A DNA stretch of 64,000 nucleotides from an uncultured Planctomycetota bacterium. GTDB lineage: Bacteria; Planctomycetota; Planctomycetia; Gemmatales; Gemmataceae. The position numbers and the translations under genes were made by a program. The stretch spans positions 896,001 through 960,000 of the forward strand of contig CAWKHF010000005.1 of assembly GCA_963849325.1 (NCBI GenBank), in the 5' to 3' direction. Under the pieces are notes generated by a model. It saw only the letters and a program-made list of their open reading frames with translations, was not told where the DNA came from and did no database searches. Below, piece after piece: positions 53,990 through 64,000 of the stretch; the stretch's first letter is position 1; each line of letters begins with the position of its first letter.

Positions 53990-54201
53990 TCGTCCTTACC
54001 GTAACGGTCGAGTAGCGCCACCGACTCCTCCCGCAACCAATCCATCTCCGCCGCGTCCCACGGACTGTCATCATAGCCCCCCTCGGCGAGGCGGTCGTAC
54101 ACGTCGGGCCGCAGCAGCACGTATTCTCGATCGTCCTCCTGAATCCGCACGGCCTTCCCCTGGTCGATGGATTGACGCTGTTCTTCGGTGAGTTCGATCA
54201 T
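53986..54201 (-). CDS. Putative antitoxin
   Basis: Acidic 71 aa (EYVLLRPDVYDRL); RBS aaggag; ATGA overlap with the toxin. Confidence 0.75.
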   Translation of the reverse strand: MIELTEEQRQSIDQGKAVRIQEDDREYVLLRPDVYDRLAEGGYDDSPWDAAEMDWLREESVALLDRYGKDE

Positions 54202-54279
54202 GGCTGTCTCCTTTGCGGGCATCTTACCAAGGGGACACCGCTGCGGACAAGTAGGTGCTAGCGCCTTTTCGAGCGCGTC

Positions 54280-55980
54280 TCACCAGCACCGCCGGGCCGC
54301 CTCCAGCATGGCGGCGGCTTCTTGCCGCGTCGTCTCGCCGCGTGCCTCGCCGCGCAACATGCTGGCCAATTCTTCCAGCCGCTCCGGCTCCGGCAGCAGC
54401 TGAATCTGCGTGACGCGTGCGTTTGCCGCGGCGCGACTTGCGGATGGTCCAGTGATGGCGGGCGTAGCTGGCCACCTGCGGCAGATGCGTCACGCAAATG
54501 ACCTGATGCGTCTGGCCCAGAGCGGCTAGCTTTTGTCCGAGCACGTCGCCGAGCCGGCCGCCGACGTTGGCGTCGATCTCGTCGAAGACCAGCGTGCCGC
54601 GGCGATCGTGTCCGGCCAGCACCGTCTTGAGGGCGAGCATGGTGCGCGATAGCTCGCCGCCGGACGCCACCTTGCGCAGCGGCAGGGCCGGCTCGCCGGG
54701 GTTGGCCGCCAGCGTCAGCTCCAACTGATCGGCGCCCCAGGCGGGAACGTCGGATTGAGCCGGATCGTCGCCCAGCGGGATCGTCTCCAGCACGGCCTCC
54801 AGCTTGGCCCCGACCATGCCGAGGTCGGCGAACTGCTTCTGCGTCTCCTTCGCCAGACGGTCGGCGACGCGCTGTCGCTGCTTGCTCAGCTCGGCGGCGG
54901 CTTCGCGGAGCTGTCGATATGCCTCCGCCAGCTCGGCGTCGATGCTCTCCAGGTCGTCTTCCTGTTGCCGTAGCCGCGTTTCCTGCTCGTCCAGGCTGAT
55001 GCGGTAGACGATCAGGTCATCCACGGAGCGGCGATACTTGCTCTCCAGCCGGCGGAGGAACTGCAAGCGGCGCTCGACCTCCTCGAGCCGTTCCGGGTCG
55101 GCCTCCCAGCGCTGACCGAGCTGGCGCAGCACCTGGGCCAGATCCTGCACCTCGGACGTGCAGCGCCTCCAGCCGCCGCACCACTTCTTCCAGACTCGGA
55201 TCGAGCGCCGCCCACGACTGCGCCTCGCGCTGCAGCTTGCCGAGCCGTTCGACGACCGAACCGTCCTCGTCGTACAGCTCGCCACAGCCCAGCGTGGCGA
55301 AGGTTTGCAAGTTCTGGGCGTGGGCCAGCCGTTCGCGCTCGCGCGTCAGCTCGGCGACCTCGCCCGGCTCAAGGCTGGCCTGATCCAGCTCCTCGCGCTC
55401 GAAGCGCAGCAGGGCCAGCTCGCGCTGGCGCTGCTGGCGCTCGGCCGACAGCGTGTGGTGACGGCGGCGCAGCTCGCGCACGCGCTCCGCCAGGGTCAGG
55501 TACTTGCGCCGCGGCCCTTCGAGATGGCCATAAGCGTCGAGCAATTGCAGTTGGTAGGCGGGCTGCAACAGCGATTCCGTTTCGCGCTGGCCGTGGATAT
55601 CGACCAGCAGGTTGCCGATCTGCTTGAGGGTGGCGAGGACGACCGGCTGATCGTTGGCGTAGGCGTGGCTGCGGCCATTGCCGTGCAGCCGCCGCGCCAG
55701 GATGATCTCGTCCTCGTCGAGCGCTGCCTCCGAGGATGCCCTCGATCTCGCGGCGCGTCTCGGCGGAAGTCAGCTCGAACCGCCCGGTGACGCGCAACTC
55801 GTCGGCGCCGGCGCGGAGCAGGTCGGCCGAGCCGCGTTCGCCGAGCAGCAGGCCGAGAGCGCCGAGCAAGAGCGATTTGCCGGCCCCGGTCTCGCCGGTC
55901 CAGGCGCAGAAGCCCGGCTGCAGCTCGACGCGCACGTCCTCGATCAGCGCCAGGTTCTGCACGGATAATTCGCGCAGCAT
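54280..55980 (-). CDS. recN: DNA repair protein RecN (several indels)
   Basis: TGETGAGKS, ASGGELSR.MLALK, VFDEIDANVGG, QVICVTHLPQVA, R.EELASML.G. Confidence 0.96.
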
Positions 55981-55999
55981 CGTCGCTCATCTTATCGAG

Positions 56000-56141
56000 A
56001 AATAAACCACAGATGAACACAGATGAACACGGATCAATTCAAGAGAGGGAGAAAGCGCCGGCAAACGTGCCCCTCGACGGCCTTCCGCCTGCCTTTTTTT
56101 GCTTTTATCCGTGTTTATCTGTGTTCATCTGTGGTTTATTT
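56000..56141. repeat. ccacagatgaacacagat-type palindrome, copy 2
   Basis: About 35-bp arms with a longer spacer, between the divergent recN and hemL-like genes. Confidence 0.88.
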
Positions 56142-56159
56142 TGTTTTATGATGGTCCCG

Positions 56160-57480
56160 ATGAGTCGCGTAGACGAACAGTATCGGCAAGCCTGCGAATA
56201 CCTGGCGGGAGGCGTCACCGCCTCGACGCGGCTCAACCGCGCTCTCGGCCACGCCATGCTCTTCGACCGGGCCGAGGGCTGCCGCATCTGGGACCTGGAC
56301 GGCCGCGAATACATCGACCTGTGTTGCAGCCACGGCGCGACGCTGCTGGGCCACGGCGACATGCGCGTGCGCCATGCCGTCGAGCGCGTGCTGGCGCGCG
56401 GCGCGGCCTGCTCCTACGAGAACGAGCTGCACACGCGAGCTTGGCCCGGCTGCTGTGCGAGACGATCCCCTGCTGCGAGCGCGTCCGCTTCACCGGCTCG
56501 GGCACCGAGGCGACGATGCACTGCCTGCGGCTGGCCCGCGCCTTCACGCGGCCGCACGCAAGCTGCTCAAGTTCGAGGGCAACTTCCACGGCTACCACGA
56601 TCAGGTGATGTACGCCATCGGCACGCCCGCCGACCGCCTCGGGCCCGAGGAGGCGCCGCCGCTCTACCCCGGCTCGACCGGCCTGCCCGCCGGGCTCGAC
56701 CAGAACCTCGTCGTCGTCCCGTACAACCGCCCGGACCTGCTGGAAGCGGCCTTCCGCCGGCACGGCCCGAGCTGGCCGCCGTCATCTGCGAGCCGATCTA
56801 CTACAACGCCGGCTGCATCGTGCCGACGCCGGAGTTCCTCGACGCGCTGCGCCGCCTGACGCGGGACCACGGCGTGCTGCTGATCTTCGACGAGGTGCTC
56901 AGCGCCTTCCGCATGGCGCCCGGCGGAGCGCAGGAATACCTCGGCGTCACGCCCGACCTGTGTACGCTGGGCAAGGCGGTCGGCGGCGGCTTTCCGCTGA
57001 GCGTCTTCGGCGGCCGCAAGGACATCATGGACCGGCTCATGCCGACGGGCGACTGCCAGCACAGCGGCACCTACAACGGCCATCCCGTCGCGGTCGCCGC
57101 CGGCCCTGGCCGCCGTGACCGCCTACCGTCAGCCGGGCTTCTACGACCACATCCACGCCGTCGCCGACCGGCTCTACGAGGGTCTCAACGAGCTCTTCGC
57201 GCGGCACGGCGTCGCCGGCCGTGTGCAGGGACTCGGGGCGCGCTTCGGCATCTACTTCGGCGTCGCCGAGCCGATACGGAACTACCGCGACGCCGTGCGC
57301 CATCAGCGCGAGCAGATGCTGCGTTTCATCGCCGCCGCGATCCAGCATGGCGTCTACTTCCACGACTACGGCGGCGCCGCTTGCCATCACGGCTTCTGCG
57401 CGGCGATGACGTTGGCGGATACCGAAGAGGTGCTGAACCGCCTTGACGACGCCGTGCGCGAAGTCCGCGATCCGTTGTGA
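56160..57480 (+). CDS. Class III aminotransferase (glutamate-1-semialdehyde aminomutase-like; several indels)
   Basis: G..IWDLDG.EYID, SGTEATM, KFEG.FHG, LIFDEV..FR, PDL.TLGKAVGGGFP, SGTYNG. Confidence 0.9.
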
Positions 57481-57542
57481 GGAATCCCAAGTGGGGGCGG
57501 GTGCGCGAATCGTTTCTGGTAGTTTTGGTGTCGGGCGGTAGC

Positions 57543-57667
57543 CCCTCGTTCCCAAGCTCTGCTTGGGAACGCCCGGTTGCGAAGCTCTGCTTCGCGGCCA
57601 GACCCCTACGCGGACGGGAAGCAGAGCTTCCCGACGTGCGTTCCCAAGCAGAGCTTGGGAACGAGGG
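57543..57667. repeat. Nested palindrome (ctcgttcccaagctctgcttgggaacg type)
   Basis: Arms ccctcgttcccaagctctgcttgggaacg / cgttcccaagcagagcttgggaacgaggg. Confidence 0.85.
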
Positions 57668-58054
57668 CGACGAGGGCGACTACCAGAATCCTGCACGCAC
57701 CCGTGGGGGCGGACGAGGCGGTTTTGTGCTTGTGCCGGGACATGGTAGCCTTCAGAATAGAGGCGTTCGTGGGACAACCGTGGGAGGCCGGCGAAGGCGC
57801 ATCGTGGCGTGAGGAAGGGCAAACTTCCGAACGGGGTCCGCGCGGGACCGCCACGAAGGAGGCCGCGAGACGCCCCGCCTCCGACGAATCAGCGGGGGGA
57901 CCGTGAAGGTCCAGCCACCACGAATGCGGCGAGGGCCACGACCGACCGCCCAAGCAAATGTAGGGAGGACGGCCTTGTCCCGCTCCTCGCCTAATGGCGA
58001 TCTACCAAGTGGTTTAACCAGCTAATCAGTTGTTCGGCGCGAAAGGAGGGGCGG

Positions 58055-58504
58055 ATGGGTCGTGCTACGCAGCTCGGGCCGATCATCTTCCTCTTGGTTG
58101 GAGCCGGGGTCGGCCTCAGCGTGGGCATGCTGACACACAACGAGCCCCCGTACCGAGTCCACCTTGACGACAGTGTGACGTGGATGTTCCTGGGCGGCTT
58201 CGCTGGGGTGCTAGTGGGGTGCGGGATCCCGGGGGCATGTGCTCGCTGGCCCCGGCTGGTCCGCCCCTTGGGGTTGGCCTCGACCGTCCTGCTCGGCGCG
58301 GCATTCGCAGCCCCGCTCGGCTGGATTGTCGGGACCGGAGTGGCGAGTGAGCGCCTACCGCGTGCGGAAGTGGAGGAGGACGTGCAGCACCTACCGCCGC
58401 TCGGGCTGGCCGTCGGAGCGGGTGTCGGAGCCACTATGGGCCTTGCGTTGGGCGTGATGCAACTGCTCTGGGACCAGAGGAAGCTGAACGCCGAACCCTT
58501 CTAA
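58055..58504 (+). CDS. Gly-rich membrane protein with about 4 TM segments
   Basis: SD aaggagg; four hydrophobic segments. Confidence 0.65.
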   Translation: MGRATQLGPIIFLLVGAGVGLSVGMLTHNEPPYRVHLDDSVTWMFLGGFAGVLVGCGIPGACARWPRLVRPLGLASTVLLGAAFAAPLGWIVGTGVASERLPRAEVEEDVQHLPPLGLAVGAGVGATMGLALGVMQLLWDQRKLNAEPF

Positions 58505-58757
58505 GGCTCTTGGTGTCAAGAGAAAATATTTTCCACGGGAACGGCAATCGGCGGCGTTTTTCTGGCCGGATTTCCGAACAGGGTAGCTGCGGCGGCGGAC
58601 ACAAGTCCTCGGCGATCCGGCTTGGATATCCACGGCGGACGCGGCACATGCACGTTCAACGGTCGAGGCGAACCCAACACTCCTGCGGACTCCGGCGGCC
58701 CAGACCCGAAGGACCAGGCGGCTGTGCCAGGGAACCTGCCCTGGCCGGTCCCGATAT

Positions 58758-58958
58758 TCATGCGTTCCCAGCGTCGCCGCCATTCAAAAGCGCCGGTGTA
58801 AGCGGGTGAAGGAGATAGCGGCTGAGTGCTGTCTCCTTCAAGTGTGCTTCAAGAGCCTTCATGAGTATCCATTCGCTGCAGTAGACCGGGACGTCATTCT
58901 GGTCTTTCGAGGTATTGCGGCTCTCCGGCCAGCTCGGCAGGTGAGTTCGTTCGGCCAT
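58758..58958 (-). CDS. Possible small hypothetical protein
   Basis: 66 aa ORF with a purine-rich SD-like leader; no family recognised. Confidence 0.25.
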   Translation of the reverse strand: MAERTHLPSWPESRNTSKDQNDVPVYCSEWILMKALEAHLKETALSRYLLHPLTPALLNGGDAGNA

Positions 58959-59023
58959 CCTTTCCTCTTTCCGCCGGCTATGGTATCCTCTCAGGAGAAA
59001 CGGATCATCCAGGAGGAACGGCC

Positions 59024-59246
59024 ATACCTGTCAGCATCGAGGCGTTGGGGATCGACCGGCTCAGTGTCCGGGAGCGGCTGGAATTGATCGAGCAGATCTG
59101 GGATAGTTTGCCCGAAGACGTGAATCCCGATGAGGTGCCGCCGTGGCACCTGGCAGAACTCGCCAAGCGGCGCAGAGGCCGACGCCTCTCCGGGAGTAGG
59201 CAAGCCGTGGCGCGAGTCCCTGGCGCGGTTCGGGAACGGATCATGA
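59024..59246 (+). pseudogene. Addiction-module antitoxin (TIGR02574-like); start reads ATA, frameshift near 59175
   Basis: SD aggagg then ATA CCT GTC...; LSVRERLELIEQIWDSL...W...EL.KR...PW. Confidence 0.75.
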
Positions 59247-59464
59247 ATTTACCTGTGATCCTTCGGCCTTCGGCCGACGCTGACATCCAGGCGACCCACG
59301 ACGAACTGGAACAGTTGCAAGCCGGCCTGGGTATTCGTTTCGTAGCCCGCGTGCGGGAGGTGCTGGATCGCATCGAAGGGATGCCCATGCTGTACGGTCT
59401 GGTATGGCAGGATGTACGGGCGGCGCGGCTGCGGAGGCAACCGGCACTCGGTCGGTTGGGATGA
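59243..59464 (+). pseudogene. RelE/ParE-family toxin, C-terminally truncated
   Basis: VILRPSADADI......E....GLG.RF...V...L.RI..MP......DVR.A.LRR; the usual FPY...Y...V..V.H tail is missing. Confidence 0.75.
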
Positions 59465-59592
59465 GTTGATTCAACCGCTCAAACCCTCATCAATTATGCA
59501 CGGAGGCTTGATGATTCGGTGTAGAAGCCGATCATCGACGAGGTGCCGCGCCTTGAGAGGGGATGAGCGGACCCGTGGGACAGGTGGGCTTT

Positions 59593-61110
59593 ATGCGCAT
59601 CGCCATCGGCCAGCTGTGGCAGGAAACGAACACGTTCAACCCCATTCCCACGACGCGCGGCGATTTCGAGCACTTCGGCATCGTTCGCGGGCCGGAGTTG
59701 GTCGAACGGATGGCGGAGACGAACGAGCTGGGCGGCTTCATCCAGTCGCTGCGGCGCTGGCCGGAACAGCCGGAGATCGTCGGACTGGTGCGCCTGCCGG
59801 CCTGGCCGGCGGGCGCCGCCACTGCGGACACCTTCACCTGGCTGCGCCGGGAAATGGTCGATGCACTCCAGGAACAGGGGCCGGTGGACGCGGTCCTGCT
59901 CGCCCTGCACGGCGCCCTGGTGGCCGACGAGGCTCCCGATGTCGAGGGCGAAATATTGCATGCGGTGCGCCAGCGGATCGGCCCCAACGTGCCTCTGGTG
60001 GCGACTCTCGACCTGCACGCCAACGTCACCGAGCGCATGGTCGCCGCCGCCGACGCCCTCGTGCTGTATCACACGGCCCCGCACATTGATGTCTTCGAGA
60101 CCGGCCAGCGCGGTGCCGCCGTGCTGCGGCGTCTGCTCGTAGAGGGCGCTCGACCGATCGCGGCATTCCAGAAGTTGCCGCTCGTCGTCCCGGCCGAGCG
60201 CGCCAACACGCAGGAGCCGGCGAGTGTCAGTTATGGCTTGCGCGAACGGTTGCAAGAGCTGGAGCGCGATCCGCACATCCTCAGTGCCGGCCTGGCGACG
60301 GTGCAGTCCTGGCTCGACATTCCCGAGTTAGGATCTTCCGTCGTCGTTGTCACCGATGGCGACGGCGAGCGGGCGCGGAAGGCGTGTGCCGAAATCGCCG
60401 CGGAAGTTTGGCGGCGACGGCGCGAGTACCTGCCGGAACTGGTCTCCGTCGCCGACGCCGTCCGCACGGCCCACGAGAACGCGGACGGATTGGTGGTGCT
60501 CAGCGATAGCGCCGACGCCACCACCTCGGGCGCGCCGGGAGACAGCAATTGGTTGTTGCGCGAACTGCTCCAGTACGATTGGCCGCGTCCGGCCCTGGTG
60601 ACGTTCGTCGCTCCCGACGTCGTCGAAGCCGCCCGGCAGCACGGCGTCGGCAATGAATTGACCACCGCGCTGGGAGGCCGGCGCGATCGACGCTTCGCGC
60701 AGCCGATGACCGTCACGGCGCAAGTCCACCATCTCTTCGATGCGCGCTTTCTTCTGCACGGTCATCTCGCCCGCAACATGCCGATTGACATGGGGCCGTC
60801 TGTCGTCCTGCGCCACGGTCAGATCCACGTTGTCGTCACGACGCGCTCCGGGCCGCATTTCGCTCCGCAGTTGTTCCAGGCGGCGGGCATCGATCCCTTC
60901 GCGGCCGCCGTCCTCGTGGCGAAAAGCCCGTGCGGCTTTCGGGCCGCGTACCAGCAGCACGCGAAAAAGATCCTCGTGGTCCGCGCCCCCGGCTGCGCTC
61001 CGTCCGATTTCTGGAACTACGAGTATCGCCGCATCCCGCGCCCGCTATGGCCGTGGGACGAAATCGAGACGTGGGAGCCGGCGCCGCGGATCGTCTCTCG
61101 TAACGTTTAG
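59593..61110 (+). CDS. M81 family metallopeptidase (MlrC-like)
   Basis: MRIAIG.L.QETNTF.P, LALHGA, TLDLHANVT, Y.T.PH.D, D.AD...SGA.GD, V.KS. Confidence 0.92.
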   Translation: MRIAIGQLWQETNTFNPIPTTRGDFEHFGIVRGPELVERMAETNELGGFIQSLRRWPEQPEIVGLVRLPAWPAGAATADTFTWLRREMVDALQEQGPVDAVLLALHGALVADEAPDVEGEILHAVRQRIGPNVPLVATLDLHANVTERMVAAADALVLYHTAPHIDVFETGQRGAAVLRRLLVEGARPIAAFQKLPLVVPAERANTQEPASVSYGLRERLQELERDPHILSAGLATVQSWLDIPELGSSVVVVTDGDGERARKACAEIAAEVWRRRREYLPELVSVADAVRTAHENADGLVVLSDSADATTSGAPGDSNWLLRELLQYDWPRPALVTFVAPDVVEAARQHGVGNELTTALGGRRDRRFAQPMTVTAQVHHLFDARFLLHGHLARNMPIDMGPSVVLRHGQIHVVVTTRSGPHFAPQLFQAAGIDPFAAAVLVAKSPCGFRAAYQQHAKKILVVRAPGCAPSDFWNYEYRRIPRPLWPWDEIETWEPAPRIVSRNV

Positions 61111-61170
61111 CCGCGACGCGCAGCGGAGCGCGGGATACTCCCGCGCTCCGCTGCGCGTCGCGGCTAAACG
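61104..61170. repeat. 67-bp REP-like palindrome, copy 2
   Basis: Arms identical to 28303-28369; contains the TAG stop of the M81 gene. Confidence 0.92.
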
Positions 61171-61192
61171 ACAACGCCAAGGAGCGTGAAGT

Positions 61193-61789
61193 TTACTTCA
61201 GGCGCGAAACCAGTCCCTTCTTGATCCCCTCGCCGACGTTGTTCTTTCCCAAATAAATGTCCCACACCGCCCGCGAGAACTCCGGTTTATCGAGGAGGAT
61301 TTCGCCCTTGTTGACCACGTTGCAGCGCAAACCGACGCCGGGCAGGTGCGTCAAATAAATGTGGTCGCCCTTGGTCAAATCGAGATTGCGCATCAGTGCA
61401 CACAGACGCTCCACTTCTTCGGCGAAGGCTGGCTCCGGATAATTCTGGCGGATGGCGATGCGGAACGCCTCGGCCATGTCCTTGCCGTCCACGTCGCGCT
61501 CCAGGACCAGGTGTAACTGCTTGGGCTGATCGACCGCCGCCAACTCCTCGGCCGTGTGTACGCTGACGCCTTCGAGGAGATAGCTACCGATGGCGTAGAC
61601 GTTGAGAAACAGCTTCTCCCGCAGACCCACGCCGGTGAGCACGAGCTTGACCGGCCGATCGCCGATGGTGATGCCCATGGTCGTGGTGAAATGCGTGCTG
61701 CTGCCGCGCACGCCCACCAACTCCGTGGCCCCGACGCCCACCCCGACCAGCAACAGCATCGTCGCCGACATCCATCCAACTCGTCTCAT
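61193..61789 (-). CDS. Chalcone-isomerase-like exported protein
   Basis: L.G.GLREKLFLNVYAIG.Y...F.RAVWDIYLG......KKGL. Confidence 0.85.
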   Translation of the reverse strand: MRRVGWMSATMLLLVGVGVGATELVGVRGSSTHFTTTMGITIGDRPVKLVLTGVGLREKLFLNVYAIGSYLLEGVSVHTAEELAAVDQPKQLHLVLERDVDGKDMAEAFRIAIRQNYPEPAFAEEVERLCALMRNLDLTKGDHIYLTHLPGVGLRCNVVNKGEILLDKPEFSRAVWDIYLGKNNVGEGIKKGLVSRLK

Positions 61790-61892
61790 GGCTTCTCCTC
61801 CGCGCCGCGGTCCCGAGCGAATCGAGACCGTCCGGGGCGAAGGGGATGCCTGAAACCTCCGTTTTTGTCAAGAGGTATCCATCCACGACGAG

Positions 61893-62408
61893 TCAGGGGA
61901 GCTGGACGCCGAACGTTTCGTTGAAGCGATTGGTCCAGTTGGCCAAGCCAACGGTGGCGGCGAGGACGACGAGCTGCGCGGGAGAAAGGCTTTTGGCGAG
62001 GGCGGCCACTACCTCGGTATCGACCTTGCCCTGCTGCGACCACTGCTCGGCGAAGCGAATGACTCGTTTCTCCAGGTCGCTGTAGGCGCTGCTCTGCTCG
62101 TAATCTTCGAGCGTTTGCACCTGCACGTCGGATACGCCGATCTTGCGGGCGGCGCTGGTATGATAGTGCAGGCAATACTTGCAATGATTGACCTGAGACG
62201 CCTTCAAATAGGCCAGCTCGCGCAGCTTGGGGTCGAGTTCGCCCTGGATCGCATGGTTCATGGCGAGCGTCGCTTGCAGCACCTCGGGAACGTGGGCCAG
62301 GGTGCGGAAGATGTTCGGCACCGTCTTGAACGCCGACAGGATCTTGTCGAAAACGGCCTGAACTTGTCGACTGGCTTGCTCGTCCTTGAGCGGCTGGATG
62401 CGTGGCAT
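61893..62408 (-). CDS. Carboxymuconolactone decarboxylase / AhpD-like protein
   Basis: VPNIFR.LAH.P, LREL..L..S.VN.C.YC..H. Confidence 0.9.
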   Translation of the reverse strand: MPRIQPLKDEQASRQVQAVFDKILSAFKTVPNIFRTLAHVPEVLQATLAMNHAIQGELDPKLRELAYLKASQVNHCKYCLHYHTSAARKIGVSDVQVQTLEDYEQSSAYSDLEKRVIRFAEQWSQQGKVDTEVVAALAKSLSPAQLVVLAATVGLANWTNRFNETFGVQLP

Positions 62409-62614
62409 GGCGGACTTCTCCGGACTGGGGGAATGGATCGATCGACCCTTCCGCAAACGTCGTTGCGGAGGATGGAGCTATCTTATGGTTTTGGCGGAGA
62501 CATGGTTGCGGCCGAGCCGCCCATGAAGGATAATCCGGACAGACTCGACCGTCCCGATTTTTCCCGAATCGCCGGGCCGATTGTATTCTTTTTCGCTCTG
62601 ATTGGTCTGTTATT

Positions 62615-64000
62615 ATGACAGAGCTTCCGCGATCGAATGGACCGGACGCCGTGACGCTGGACCCGGAAGCGGCGGCGGCGCTGGACGCCGCCCTCGACGC
62701 CCTTCAGTCGGGCCGGCCCGTGGACCGTCAGGAACTGCTCGCCCGGCATCCGCAGCTCGGCGTCGCCCTGGCGGCCGTCGATCATCTCTTCGGCGACCCG
62801 ACCACCCTGCCCGACGGGCCACCGGCTCGGACGTGTACCGCGCCGGCGCAGCTCGGGCCGTATCGCGTCGAGCGCGAGCTGGGACAGGGCGGGTTCGGCA
62901 TCGTCTACCTGGGCTATGATCCCGATTTGAAACGACGGGTGGCGCTGAAGGTGCTGCACCCCGGCCGGCTCGATCAGCCCGAAGCCGTCCGTCGCTTCCA
63001 GCGCGAAGCGTGCGCCATCGCCCGCCTGGCCCATTCAGGGATCGTTCAACTCTTCGATTACAGCCGTCAAGGACCGCCGTACTACCTGGTCACGGAGTTC
63101 GTCGAGGGCGACGAGCCGCGCCTGTGGTGCCGGCGGCACGGCGCTGGAATCCGCGAGGCGGTCGATCTGGTCGCCCGCATCGCCGAGGCGGTCGAACACG
63201 CTCACGCCCAGGGAGTTTGTCACCGCGACCTCAAGCCGGGCAACATCCTGATCGACGCGGAAGGTCGGCCGCACGTCCTCGATTTCGGCCTGGCGCGCCT
63301 GGATTTCCTCACCGATTCCGGCAGCGCTCCCGACGTCGGACGGCCACATCCTCGGTTCGCTGGCGTACATGGCCCCCGAGCAGGCCGCCGGCCACAGCCA
63401 CGCCGCCGACGCTCGCAGCGACATCTACTCGCTCGGCGTCATCCTCTACGAGCTGCTGACCGGCCGACTGCCGTTCGACGGGCCGCCGCACGCTCTGCCG
63501 GCGCAGGTGGTCGAGGACAGTCCGCCCTCGCCGCGTCACCTGAACGCCGCCATCGCGCGCGACCTGGAAGCGATCTGCCTCAAGGCGCTGGCCAAGCGGC
63601 CCGAGGAGCGCTACGCCAGTGCCGCCGCTCTCGCCGCTGACTTGCACGCCTTCCTGGGTGGCGGGGCGGTCACGGCCAAACGGCTTACCTGGTTCCAACG
63701 CCTCAAGCACGGCCTGGGCGCTCGTCACCGCGACATTCTTTCCGAAGGTTGGCCGCGTCTGCTGCTGGCCGTCGGTCTGACCATTCTCGCCGGTTGCGCC
63801 CTGGCCAACTACTGGGAGCTTCACCTGGGGCCGGACGTCCGCTGGATGGCGATGCTGGCGACGAAAATCGCGCAGGTCGGCGTCATGCTCTACCTGGCCG
63901 TTCGCCTGCGCCCGGTGAAAGAGCGCGGCCTGACGGCGGTGGAACGGCAGATCTGGAACCTGGTGCCGGCGTATTACGGCGGCTTTCTCGCCCTGGTGAT
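62615..64000 (+). CDS. Membrane Ser/Thr protein kinase (frameshift near 63330; runs off the window edge)
   Basis: LGQGGFG.VY, VALK, HRDLKPGNIL, DFGLA, GSLAYMAPEQ, DIYSLG..LYELLTG, followed by TM segments. Confidence 0.95.

Noticed and set aside
57815-57930. GGCAAAC-led structured region as a c-di-GMP-I riboswitch
   Set aside because: Lacks the GAAA tetraloop and the GCAAAG / CTAA-receptor elements
59045-59464. Apparent antitoxin-toxin fusion ORF
   Set aside because: Frameshift product; the normal ATGA overlap is visible at 59243-59246
59593-61789. Microcystin-degradation or flavonoid pathway suggested by the MlrC-like and chalcone-isomerase-like genes
   Set aside because: Both families are broad, and no other pathway genes are adjacent

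Overview
GC-rich bacterial chromosome segment, most likely Planctomycetota (Gemmataceae-like). This is inferred from a planctomycete-type ECF sigma factor, TIGR03000-, DUF1592/DUF1552- and DUF4058-like genes, and TPR/WD40/LRR proteins. Many genes carry 1-bp indels, probably assembly errors. Housekeeping genes: aspS, dapF, guaA, proC, leuA, larB, an ilvE-like gene, speA, pyrD, recN, a hemL-like gene and tRNA-Glu(TTC). The window also has one complete ISKra4-type IS (9-bp target duplication, 24-bp imperfect IRs) and about ten families of palindromic REP/MITE-like repeats. Main signals: (1) a leuA-proC-guaA-dapF run with a compact toxin/antitoxin-, toxin/immunity- or nuclease-like cassette in each of its three gaps, including a carrier-less Ntox17/37-like toxin and an unnamed 68 aa/99 aa pair; (2) a complete Leu-rich leader peptide attenuator upstream of leuA, absent from the ORF track; (3) a sigma54-type promoter followed by GGA-loop hairpins, a CsrA-binding RNA candidate; (4) an ECF sigma with a very large zf-HC2/multi-DUF4349 anti-sigma candidate; (5) palindromic repeats that supply C-termini and stop codons to host genes; (6) attC-like remnants. 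All family assignments come from motif recognition, not database searches.
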